Positions 54,770 to 64,000 of a stretch of DNA of 64,000 nt are shown piece by piece. The notes beneath the pieces were generated by a model. The model had not been told where the DNA came from. It did no database searches and saw nothing but the letters and a program-made list of their open reading frames with translations. Each line of letters opens with the position of its first letter. Position 1 is the stretch's first letter. The DNA is from Trypanosoma brucei (taxonomy: Eukaryota). The stretch lies in assembly GCA_000002445.1 (NCBI GenBank), contig CM000208.1, positions 1,024,001-1,088,000 of the forward strand. Reading direction: 5' to 3'. The position numbers and the translations under genes are program-made.

Positions 54770-56845
54770 CTACACCCCAGGTGAACGCTGCCGTTTTTGC
54801 CCGACCTCATCAAGGACCTCCGCTTTTGCATTTGACTGCCCAGACTTGCAACCTGCAAGTGCCTCAGCCAAAATACGTTGAACCCGCTTTTCCTGTTCGG
54901 ACTCGACCTGCGACTGTACAGTGCGACGCTCCTCCTGCTGCTGGCGATAGGTGGGTTCCTCCACAGCCACAGCGTAGTAACCCCGGCATGGTTCATGCAC
55001 CACCTCGGAGACAACGAGGGTGCTCATCACCGCGTCCACTGCAGATGCATGAGTGCTGCCGGAGGTTGGACATGTTTCATGCATAAATATAGATAGTGTG
55101 AATAACTGTGGTGGTGATGTAGAGGCGGGGAGCACGATGTAGACAGGATCATCTGTGCTCGGTGTACTCGGCAGCCAAACCACTCGAGTGCCGCTGAACG
55201 ACGTACCGGGCAACAAAAGTGATTCGTTAGTGTGTTGTCCACTTCGCCGCCGTTGCTCTTCCTCATCTGGAAACGCTCCGTGAGAAAGAGTAAACGATGC
55301 CCGACGCATCTCCGCATCGCGTTTGGAGGCCACAAGTCGCAAAGCCGCCTCGCTTCCACCAATGGAAGTGGCATACAACACAGCAACACTCATACGCTCG
55401 CCAGGAACGGCAAACTCGCGCCAGTGACTGCCACCCTCACTAGGGACAAACATTGAGGGAATAAACACAGGCCACTCGACGGAAGAAGCCGCCGGTATTG
55501 TTGATGTTGTAACGTGCGGCGGCGCTGCAATACGCGCATGTAGTCCATCATCGTCAACACGCAGGATACAAACTGAGATGGTGGAGAGGGTGTGAATTCC
55601 GGTTGGGAACGCATGTACACGCTCCGCCGTGGACGACCAGTGCCGCTGCCGCCGTGAAGAATCCGATCCACCCTCAGCCGCGGCCTTCCGCTCTTGCAGC
55701 GCCTTGAAAAGCCGGCCGGCCAGTTCCTTTTTGGATGAACTGGGCGCATCGCTCTTAGTGAGAACGTCACAACTGGAGCTGCTAACAAGTGACGAAGGAC
55801 CTCCCCGACGCGCCAGACAGTGGAGTAAGTCGGAATTATTACCTGTACCACTCAGCCCACAGTTCACTGCATTCAAAGTGGCACACAGATCTGCCTCGAC
55901 GAAGTTCCCCTCCCGCGCTGTTTCTAATGAAGTAAGTTTTACTTCCACAAAGTCCCACGGGAAAACTTTCGTGAAATTTGTCTTTGCACGCACGACGATT
56001 GTTCGGCCCTTCCTAGCCAGTCCTACGTCAACGTCACAAGAGGTCACTGTGTTACCAACACCGCCTTCAGACGACTGTGGGAGAACGACGCCGCGCAGCA
56101 CAGAACCCACCTTGACTTCCTTTAGAGCCCATCGTGTTAATAAAATATCTTTTAGAGCATGTATCAGTTCGTCGTTAGGTCCAATGTGTGTTACGTATAC
56201 TGCATTATTCGTCGCTAAAGTCGCCTGGTTGTTTGTAAGGTATGCATTTGCACTGTGAACATCCTTGAACGACATAACCGCTGCATATTTTCCGATTGTG
56301 CGGGCTTTCACACGTGATAGCGCTTGCAGAAACATGCGGACGACACCCTCGTTCCTACTGCTGGGCGGCTTGACCTTGGCAGCCCCTCGGTTGCCCACAT
56401 GACCGCCAATAACGGCGGGAGTTGCACTCGTCGCAGCGATCTCTGCTGCTTCACTGCTCAATGTGTGTGGTACCTGCAAAACTTTCTCCTCGATCGCTAC
56501 ATCCTCCACATCCTGAGAAATGAGCGAACGTAAAAGGGAGATATCGAGGCTTGATAATGACGTTGCCAACAGTTTCTCGCCCACATGAACAATTGGTGGG
56601 AGGTAGCTAACAATCCAACGACGCCCAGACGAGGATAGATCATTCTGCAAACGCTCTGCGGAAGAAAGGCGTTGGAATTGAATGGTAACAGAACCGCTAT
56701 GAAAGTCACGATCCTCTTCAAAGAGCACCTCCTCAATTACGCCATATTTTGAAAACGTGTTGAAGAGCTCTCCGTGCACTGCAACATCCTCTGCGTCTAT
56801 GCCTGCCACACGCACACGCCGCGTGATAGATACCGGCGTTTGCAT
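54770..56845 (-). CDS. Hypothetical protein, possible RNA-binding (RRM-like N-terminal segment)
   Basis: The ORF-track start at 56899 is TTG. The first ATG is at rc of 56843-56845 (MQTPVSITRRVRVAGIDAEDVAVHGELFNTFSKYGVIEEVLF, RNP-like beta-alpha-beta pattern). The remainder is Ser/Ala-rich without recognisable motifs. Confidence 0.45.
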   Translation of the reverse strand: MQTPVSITRRVRVAGIDAEDVAVHGELFNTFSKYGVIEEVLFEEDRDFHSGSVTIQFQRLSSAERLQNDLSSSGRRWIVSYLPPIVHVGEKLLATSLSSLDISLLRSLISQDVEDVAIEEKVLQVPHTLSSEAAEIAATSATPAVIGGHVGNRGAAKVKPPSSRNEGVVRMFLQALSRVKARTIGKYAAVMSFKDVHSANAYLTNNQATLATNNAVYVTHIGPNDELIHALKDILLTRWALKEVKVGSVLRGVVLPQSSEGGVGNTVTSCDVDVGLARKGRTIVVRAKTNFTKVFPWDFVEVKLTSLETAREGNFVEADLCATLNAVNCGLSGTGNNSDLLHCLARRGGPSSLVSSSSCDVLTKSDAPSSSKKELAGRLFKALQERKAAAEGGSDSSRRQRHWSSTAERVHAFPTGIHTLSTISVCILRVDDDGLHARIAAPPHVTTSTIPAASSVEWPVFIPSMFVPSEGGSHWREFAVPGERMSVAVLYATSIGGSEAALRLVASKRDAEMRRASFTLSHGAFPDEEEQRRRSGQHTNESLLLPGTSFSGTRVVWLPSTPSTDDPVYIVLPASTSPPQLFTLSIFMHETCPTSGSTHASAVDAVMSTLVVSEVVHEPCRGYYAVAVEEPTYRQQQEERRTVQSQVESEQEKRVQRILAEALAGCKSGQSNAKAEVLDEVGQKRQRSPGV

Positions 56846-57275
56846 CACCGAAGTAGGAGGGGAGGTGAAGAATGTGGGATTGGGTGTCCCCTGTTTCAAA
56901 GACTAATAAGAGGTATGTGTAAGGCGCCTTGAAATAAAAAGCAGATATCAAAGCAGCAGAATATGAAACCCGGGATTCAATGCAAAGTAAGATACATCCG
57001 CAACGTCCGTTCCTTATACCCACCCTCCCTCGGAGCATTGCAGCCGTCGAACAGCAACGGAAAGGCTATGGGTAGCACTCGCCCGCGTATTCCTCACAAT
57101 GACCGCTTTGGGGGGGGACGGTGGCGGTACGTAAACCAAATGACCATTAAAAGTAATAAACAACAAAAAGAAGAATGATTGGGGTGACAGACCAACTCAG
57201 CACCGGTAAGCCTCATCAAATCACTTGAACGACTCTCGGAAAGGAACATGACGGCACACACCTACACCGTTGCGA

Positions 57276-57593
57276 TTATGCAGAAGTGATGTCAGAGTCA
57301 CCAACATCCGTAATGGAAAGTACGCAAGCACGGAAATGCCTTCCGCATGCCGTTCCAAGGTCAAGGTTGTTGCCGCTGTAGTGGTGAATTGGCGTCTTGC
57401 TTAAAGTGCAGTAGTACTCAATCTCCGCCTTGCGAATCGGCGGGCAGTTCGCGGAAATGACGACGAGTTTGCTGCGGCCCTGACGAAGTGTCTTGAGTGA
57501 CTGCTGCGTCCCGAGAACGTATTTGCCGGATTTCATCACCAGTTGGATCTTGGTGTTGATGGTGTCCACCTTCGACTTGACCTTCTTCGCCAT
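57276..57593 (-). CDS. RPL30: 60S ribosomal protein L30 (eL30), tandem copy 1
   Basis: [84 protein letters not shown] matches eL30 throughout. ATG at rc of 57591-57593. Confidence 0.9.
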   Translation of the reverse strand: MAKKVKSKVDTINTKIQLVMKSGKYVLGTQQSLKTLRQGRSKLVVISANCPPIRKAEIEYYCTLSKTPIHHYSGNNLDLGTACGRHFRACVLSITDVGDSDITSA

Positions 57594-57903
57594 TGTGCCA
57601 GCACCGGTCCCTGTGTTTCGAAGCGGTAGTCCAACAAACAGTAAAAATAAAGAGAGGAGAGAGGGGAAAGGTATTCAATAGGATAATAGCAGATGTGGAC
57701 GCAAATATTAGGTAGACACAGTACAGTCTCGCCAGATTACGAGTGGCTGAAAAATTTTAAGCTGGTTTGAATCCAAAGGGAACAAAATTTGTGGCAAAAA
57801 AAAAATAATAATAATAATGCCTACAGTACCCCATTCCTTTGCATCAAATCACTTGAACGACTCTCGGAAAGGAACATGACGGCACACACCTACACCGTTG
57901 CGA

Positions 57904-58221
57904 TTATGCAGAAGTGATGTCAGAGTCACCAACATCCGTAATGGAAAGTACGCAAGCACGGAAATGCCTTCCGCATGCCGTTCCAAGGTCAAGGTTGTTG
58001 CCGCTGTAGTGGTGAATTGGCGTCTTGCTTAAAGTGCAGTAGTACTCAATCTCCGCCTTGCGAATCGGCGGGCAGTTCGCGGAAATGACGACGAGTTTGC
58101 TGCGGCCCTGACGAAGTGTCTTGAGTGACTGCTGCGTCCCGAGAACGTATTTGCCGGATTTCATCACCAGTTGGATCTTGGTGTTGATGGTGTCCACCTT
58201 CGACTTGACCTTCTTCGCCAT
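57904..58221 (-). CDS. RPL30: 60S ribosomal protein L30 (eL30), tandem copy 2
   Basis: Protein identical to copy 1. ATG at rc of 58219-58221. The ORF-track version carries 23 extra upstream codons. Confidence 0.9.
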   Translation of the reverse strand: MAKKVKSKVDTINTKIQLVMKSGKYVLGTQQSLKTLRQGRSKLVVISANCPPIRKAEIEYYCTLSKTPIHHYSGNNLDLGTACGRHFRACVLSITDVGDSDITSA

Positions 58222-59835
58222 TGTGCTACTGGAAAGGGAGGCTGCCATCGAGTATTGGAAAAGACGAAACAGAAGAAGGAATGAAAGCAAATTATGGTCA
58301 GAGAGGTTTCAAAAGAGTCCCCAAATAGAAAATGGAAAGTCTACAGAAGCGACACAACCCCCGACGACAATGTGGAAACAGTTATCTCAGTTGGCAAGGA
58401 GGAGAAGTCCATCCAGCCACACAAACAAGTGGACACAGTACCACCACCAACATTACCACCATCCAGCACTTCACGAGCAGTTTGGGTAGCGTCTCCACCT
58501 TCTCGTTTATTGCGCTAGTCAGGGGACGAAGAACAAAATCGGGTCCCGCTCTTTGAGTAAGCATGTATAAAGCAACATTACCGTTCCAGAGAAAACTGTT
58601 ACCGTTGGTGTGTGGACAAGACGGGACGAACAGGGAAAAGATAAGCTCAACTCTACGTGACTCCTCACGCACTAGCAAGACACATCACGATATATATATA
58701 TTATTTATTTATTGATTTATTTATATATTCTGAAACATAACCAGTTGGTCAGCACCGTTAAAACATACCCCATTTGTTTGTTCCCCCGGTCGCAACTAGT
58801 TACAAACACCACAACATTGCAGCACACCTCACATTACACCGAGTTGCAGTGGCGTGCCGATACGTGCCACATTTCACTTCATGGAATCACTACTTTCGGG
58901 AGCAAAGCCACTGAAGAAGGTCGTCACGTCCAACCAGCCGACGGCTTTGTGAGGCACAGTACAGACGGATGTCGACAAACCAAACGTATCTTTTTTTTTT
59001 CAGAAACAAACAAAATTTCACCTGGGTGCCGCCGGATCGAGCAGCCTGCACGTTGATTAAACAATTCAATAGCTCCTAAAGGGGCAGTGGCCAAAAACAT
59101 TACCATTTGCCCACATACTAAAATACTTGGGCACTTCCCCTTTCCTATAGCGCCCTCGGGGCGTGGTTCGGCAGACGGTAAAACTTTTAAAAAATCCTTA
59201 AGTAATGAAGAGAAATCCAATGAGGGGAGGAAACGGTGTATGAAACGTATTGCTCTTCTCACTTTGCCCCTTGCTCACTTTCTTCCCATATCCGCGGAGA
59301 GCACCAACGAACATAGAGGCGCGAAAATACAAGTCAGCGAAAGTGATTTGCAACAACATACCACATCATTCTTCTTCGCACGTTAATACCACAAGAACAC
59401 AAACATGGGGGAGCGAGTTATATCGCTCAGGAGGTAGACGGCTGCGACGACATCGCAGTACAAAGAGTTGGACGGCAAACCAAGGTTGAAAAATGAGAGC
59501 GAGAAAGGGCATGCGTACTTACATTTTTTCCAACACCAACCAACCTCCTATTTTTCCTATCCCTGAACCCCAGCCGTCATTCCCAGTAACAAAAACTTGC
59601 CGATACTTAACCGCAGACTCCCTACCTCTGCATTCCCCCAACAACACACACCACACTAGCCCTGTTGCAGTGCTACGCAGCAGTTGCCAAGGAGAGACCA
59701 CGTAAACATACTCACTACCCACATCACGATAAAAAAGAAAACAACTAAACTTTATACCTCACTCTAACCACCCAACCCCCGGCTGGCTTGCAACTCCAGT
59801 GATGCAATCATCCACTGCCACAGTGCAGTTGATAG

Positions 59836-59858
59836 CACACACACACACACACACACAC
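59836..59858. repeat. (CA)n microsatellite
   Basis: Read directly. Confidence 0.85.
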
Positions 59859-60404
59859 ATCAACTTCCTCTTTTCCACCGCTTCTTTCCCTGTCGTCGCG
59901 GTTTCTCATACGATGAATCCCGTCCACATTCCAACACTTTCACGAAGTGTCACTCAGTCAACACTGTCAACCCTGCAGGTTCCGTTTTGAGCAGCGTCAA
60001 CTGCAGGCGGTTGTGGCGAACAGTTCTTGACGCCGTTAGTTCCCTCATGAGAAACAACACAGCGGCTCGTGCTGCAACACGCTGTCACTTTCGGTGAAAG
60101 TATATGACAAACGGAGAATCTACGCAACGAAAACCATATGCGGGAAGACGAAGATCCGGTGGTTGGCAAAGAAGCACCTGCCGACAGGTGGGCACAGGAA
60201 ACAAATAGCAAGTAATGCAAAGCAAGACTAAGGCTTGCGGTGCACTAAAACAATGAATCGGAACTTAAAATGTGGGGCGCGCTCACGTACAGAAGCACAG
60301 TCGAGGCACGGACCCACTATCTATACTTAACAAACTGTCCCCTTCCTTCAACTCTTCTCTGCACTTCCCCTGATCGTTCACCGAACAGTAGCTTCCCTAC
60401 ACCC

Positions 60405-61202
60405 TCACTTGCCCAGGTCTGACTTCTGCGGGTTATTCTCAACAGAAGACTTCAACTCAGCAATGAGGTCGTCGGCAGTCTTTCCACTATACCGCTTGCC
60501 AGGTTGCATGCGCTGTAGATCCTTGTCAACTGCGAACCGCTTGTTAAGGAACTTTTTCAACATATCCCCGCGCGCTTTTTCAAGATCGTCCCGAATGCGG
60601 TCCTTTCTCTCCTTATATGCCGCTGTCTCCCGGGCCATGCGCTCCGTATCCATACGCTTCAGCTCTGCCATTTCCTCCTGTGTAAGAGCCTTCTTTCGCT
60701 TATCAAAGTCTTCACGCACCACCTGTTCCCACGGGCTATTGTACCCGAGGCCCTCCCTTCCAATGTTTTGGTCCTCACGTGCAACTTTCTTTACCTGTTC
60801 CGGATCCAACTCCCAGAAACGCCACTCATTCCACTTCTGTGCCGTCTCCAACTCACGCCAGGTGACTTGCAGGATGTATTCAACAGGCCAACCCCAAAAA
60901 TATCGCTTCTCAAGGGTGCACCAGTCATCCTGGCATTCCTTAATGCCATGGTTTACACGCTTCACCAGAGTCATGGCTATGTTGTAGTAAGTGGACTCTG
61001 GGGGAATGTCAGAGCTTGTCAGAAAGGCTTGCAGTTCACTCGCAGCAGCAAGCAACTTCGGCTTCCAAAGCGGCTCCACAGCTATGCCAGCTAAACCTGT
61101 CGTGGATTTGACAGGAAATGCACGGGGGATGTACTCATCGCTAATTGTCATCAAAATAGCTGTGCGCCTCAGTCCTGAAAGCAAAAATTGGGAGGAACGC
61201 AT
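60405..61202 (-). CDS. NADH dehydrogenase (ubiquinone) 1 alpha subcomplex subunit 5 (NDUFA5/B13)-like protein with long charged C-terminal extension
   Basis: ATG at rc of 61200-61202. The N-terminus MRSSQFLLSGLRRTAIL is presequence-like. KSTTGLAGIAVEPLWKPKLLAAASELQAFL matches the ETC_C1_NDUFA5 signature (TTGLxGLxV...L..LY). The C-terminal ~120 aa are Lys/Glu/Arg-rich and helical. Confidence 0.6.
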   Translation of the reverse strand: MRSSQFLLSGLRRTAILMTISDEYIPRAFPVKSTTGLAGIAVEPLWKPKLLAAASELQAFLTSSDIPPESTYYNIAMTLVKRVNHGIKECQDDWCTLEKRYFWGWPVEYILQVTWRELETAQKWNEWRFWELDPEQVKKVAREDQNIGREGLGYNSPWEQVVREDFDKRKKALTQEEMAELKRMDTERMARETAAYKERKDRIRDDLEKARGDMLKKFLNKRFAVDKDLQRMQPGKRYSGKTADDLIAELKSSVENNPQKSDLGK

Positions 61203-64000
61203 GGGGCCGCTACTAATAATTGATCCGCTACACTTCTACGGTGTTGGAAAAAAAAATCCCCCTAATTCTTCTGATCCGACTAATCCCTCAACTAACTTTT
61301 CGCACTGTTGCCGTTTAGGGTCCGATTTATTTTTTTTCTTCCGCCCACAACTTTTTTACGCGCAAACAACTCCCCGCAAACGTTATTCCTTTATTCTTAC
61401 TACAAAAAAAAACTGAGGACCAAAGCAGTAAGGCAATGCACACTGACCCCGCTGCTTCCCAGAACTCAGTCGTCCCTAAAAGAAAATACTACTATTTATT
61501 AGACAGTCGAGGTAAATACGAAAGATCGATCGTGGTGACGGGCAGCAGAGCGCAAAGAATATGCAGACAAGACACCGAGCTGTGACCCTTTAAGCCACAT
61601 CGACACATCACTCAGGCACCGTTGACAAAAATAAAAAAAACTAAACAAGCACAAATATGTAAATAACCGGATTCCACAACAAAAAAAAATCCAGAAAATA
61701 CAAAGGAAGGGAAAACGACGACAACAAGCCTAAAAAAGAAGAGTGCTTTTGCGACACGGTGTTTTAGACCATTTCGACCACCCGAGTTGGAGCAGGAGAA
61801 AAAGGAAGAAGCACTTCGAGCAGCAAACATTGCAATGTTATTCCCACCATCAATACACAAACAGCATTCGCACAGCCACAACAATGCAGCCTGTCGCAAC
61901 CCACAAGGAGAGGCGGTCTCCGACAACACTGCACTTGTAAAGAAACTTACGGTGTAACTCTGTGTGATCACGATGAAACAAAGTAGGGCTGTACTGCCGC
62001 AAATATGTTGCCGTGCATATAATTAGAAGCAAGACATACGCGGCTGCCTCGATGTCGAAGAATACGCTCATGGAGTGACTCCCTTCAGGTGCAAAGGTGC
62101 TTCTATCTTTCTTTTTAGAGCACTGCAGACCTTGCTACCCTTGCTACACGTACCACCACAGTGCTTCACACACACACACACACACACGTGCGTTTGTATG
62201 TATGTTCTGTTGGTGCCAAATTAAAAATGGTGATTCTCAGGACAATGATTTCTTGCACCTCAGCTCCCGTAATGCGGTACACCTATCAAACAGTGATCGT
62301 CGCTCTGATAAAAGTGAGTTGCTCTCATGTACGCAGAAAGTGAAGATAAACAGGAAAGTGAATGAACATTTTCGGCTACTAGTAACAAAATTTATAATGA
62401 CGGGGCCACCGCAGGATTACAGAATGAGTAATGCGGCCATGACGCAGAACCCGATCCCGGGAAACAAGTGAAAAGATAAGGAAAACACTGCTACAGGTAA
62501 GTCGAATGGGGGGAAAAAATAGGGTTCCAAGCACACAACACATAAGCGTACCAAGGTCCCCCAGCGTAGATATGCAATCACGTTGCTTCTACATGAAGGA
62601 GATAAGCGCCACACCAACTTTCCACAGGGACACCGAACTCCGTGCACGCAACGCAAATTAGACACGGAAACGCTGCTGAAGATCATAATTTTGGTGCTAT
62701 GAGAATCTGCTGGAGCAGGTTGATTGGTTGACGGCTTCAAGTCACTCAGCACCAGGACGGTCTGTTCGGAAAAAAAAGGGGGGGAAGAAAAACCGGCGTT
62801 GTAACATCGGGGCATCTCCAAAGTCGTAGCGAACGAGATACAGGGAGCAGCTTCAACGTGACTGCTGCGAGTTTGCGTTATCCACCGAAACGGTTTGCCC
62901 TTCAAGACGCTGCTCTGTTCATAAAAATCACCCACAAAAAAACCCTGGTAAAGATAAGACCACTCAGCATATCCAAAGGAACAAGAAGAATGGATGAAAA
63001 CCCTCTTACCCGTGGTGAATGGAACCACAGTGCTCTTCTTGTTTTACCAACTACAGGCGTTACGCTGCGCAAACATACTCGCAGGTTTCACCTTCCCTCC
63101 CTCCCCTTCTCAGGTTGTACTCGCACAACACAAAGACAGTTTACACCTCTCTTACTTGCATCTACCGACCTCTTATCTGCCAAACTCCTCCTCCATCTTA
63201 TCAACAGCACACACCGTGTCCGATAAACTGCCGCCACCGTTTGCTCTCACGTACGCGCGACGAATGGAGTCATACTACGATTTACTGTATTCCCTAATTT
63301 TGGCACAAAATTTTTCAGCAATAACAAAACAACGGGAACCTCAGGTGAAGCTCTTAAAGATCTCCCAAATGGTGTTCGATCAGAAAAATGAACGCGCAGA
63401 CACACAGTGGATATTCCAAGCAAAAAAAAAAACGGAAATAACGTGGAACATTCCACAGCAAAACGTCTTCTGATTAACAAAATCCCTACGGAGAATAAAC
63501 ATCCATATGCACGGAAGGCACCCGCACTTGCAAGCAGACACAGGGAAAAACATTTTGCTCTCTTTGTTATTTATTTCAATAATAGAAGGTTAGAAGCTAT
63601 CAAAAGAAAGCAAGCTACATGGGAGAACTTGGCGCCATCTCAATATCGTTCCCATACTTTGTATTGCAGTGATGACTGCTGCTGCAACCAAAAAAAAAAA
63701 GGTACTCCTTGAACTGCTGGGTCGACGTTGTTATATTGGTGGGAAAGACGCTTGTAAAATAAATGCGTCTAATCAGCTGCCCACACTCAGGCTTTTATCC
63801 TACAGTACCACCGCAAAGGACACAGGCACATCGTCCCTGCTAACGCAAGGATGGTGCGAGAAACGAAAGCAGTGACACATCCGGGTAATCACCGTTTTTT
63901 CAGTCGTGGGATTTCATAACGACATGTGGGACAGCAGTTGCTGCGTCTGAGCCACGGTATTATGCAACTGTGGTGAGACACATGCCCACATGCAATCTCA

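Larger units (their letters stand above)
57214..58226 (-). repeat. Tandem segmental duplication, period 632 bp, two RPL30 units
   Basis: The identity block runs from catcaaatcacttgaacgactctcgg (57214 and 57846) through the CDS to cattgtgc at the ATG. About 60 nt of shared 3' flank. Upstream sequences diverge. Confidence 0.9.

Noticed and set aside
1-64000. tRNA genes (searched for GGTTCGAATCC/GTTCAAATC T-loop-like strings in the ORF-free regions).
   Set aside because: None seen by eye.
61203-64000. Possible gene or partial gene at the right edge (plus ORFs 62858-63226, 62994-63473; minus ORF 62417-63028).
   Set aside because: Translations are low-complexity or composition-biased with no motifs. 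All three minus-strand frames have stops at 63567-63577, 63590-63642 and 63797-63812, so no minus gene can run off the right edge.

Overview
The window looks like a chromosome-core segment from a kinetoplastid, most likely a Trypanosoma brucei-group genome. All 24 protein-coding genes I can support lie on the minus strand, consistent with a single directional polycistronic transcription unit read from high to low coordinate. There are no introns. Intergenic regions are 0.3-4.2 kb and full of (TA)n, (CA)n, (CT)n microsatellites and homopurine/homopyrimidine tracts. I found no tRNA, rRNA, CRISPR or transposon.

Genes, from high to low coordinate:
- a mitochondrial complex I NDUFA5/B13-like subunit
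- two tandem ribosomal protein L30 genes
- a possible RNA-binding hypothetical protein
- a 1183-aa protein with thirteen identical 10-aa repeats fused to a probably catalytically degenerate enoyl-CoA hydratase plus 3-hydroxyacyl-CoA dehydrogenase (trifunctional-enzyme alpha-like) body
- a hypothetical protein with an internally duplicated coiled-coil motif
- an ankyrin-repeat protein
- serine palmitoyltransferase subunit 2 (LCB2)
- after a 4.2-kb ORF-free gap, 3-ketodihydrosphingosine reductase
- a SAM-methyltransferase/spermidine-synthase-like gene split into two ORFs that overlap by ATGA (probable frameshift)
- a 682-aa hypothetical protein
- an enoyl-CoA hydratase
- the DEAD-box helicase DHH1
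- a protein with a C-terminal WCPPC tryparedoxin-like domain
- a DPY-30-motif protein
- a hypothetical (beta-propeller-like) protein
- two tandem ribosomal protein S3a genes
- an STPGR (SHIPPO/ODF3-like) flagellar-type repeat protein
- a multi-pass membrane protein
- a CAMK/CDPK-like kinase with degenerate EF-hands
- a PIP kinase
- at the left edge, a partial LPCAT-like acyltransferase that the ORF track omits

The ORF track uses non-ATG starts (GTG/TTG) rendered as M, so I re-derived several start codons by hand.
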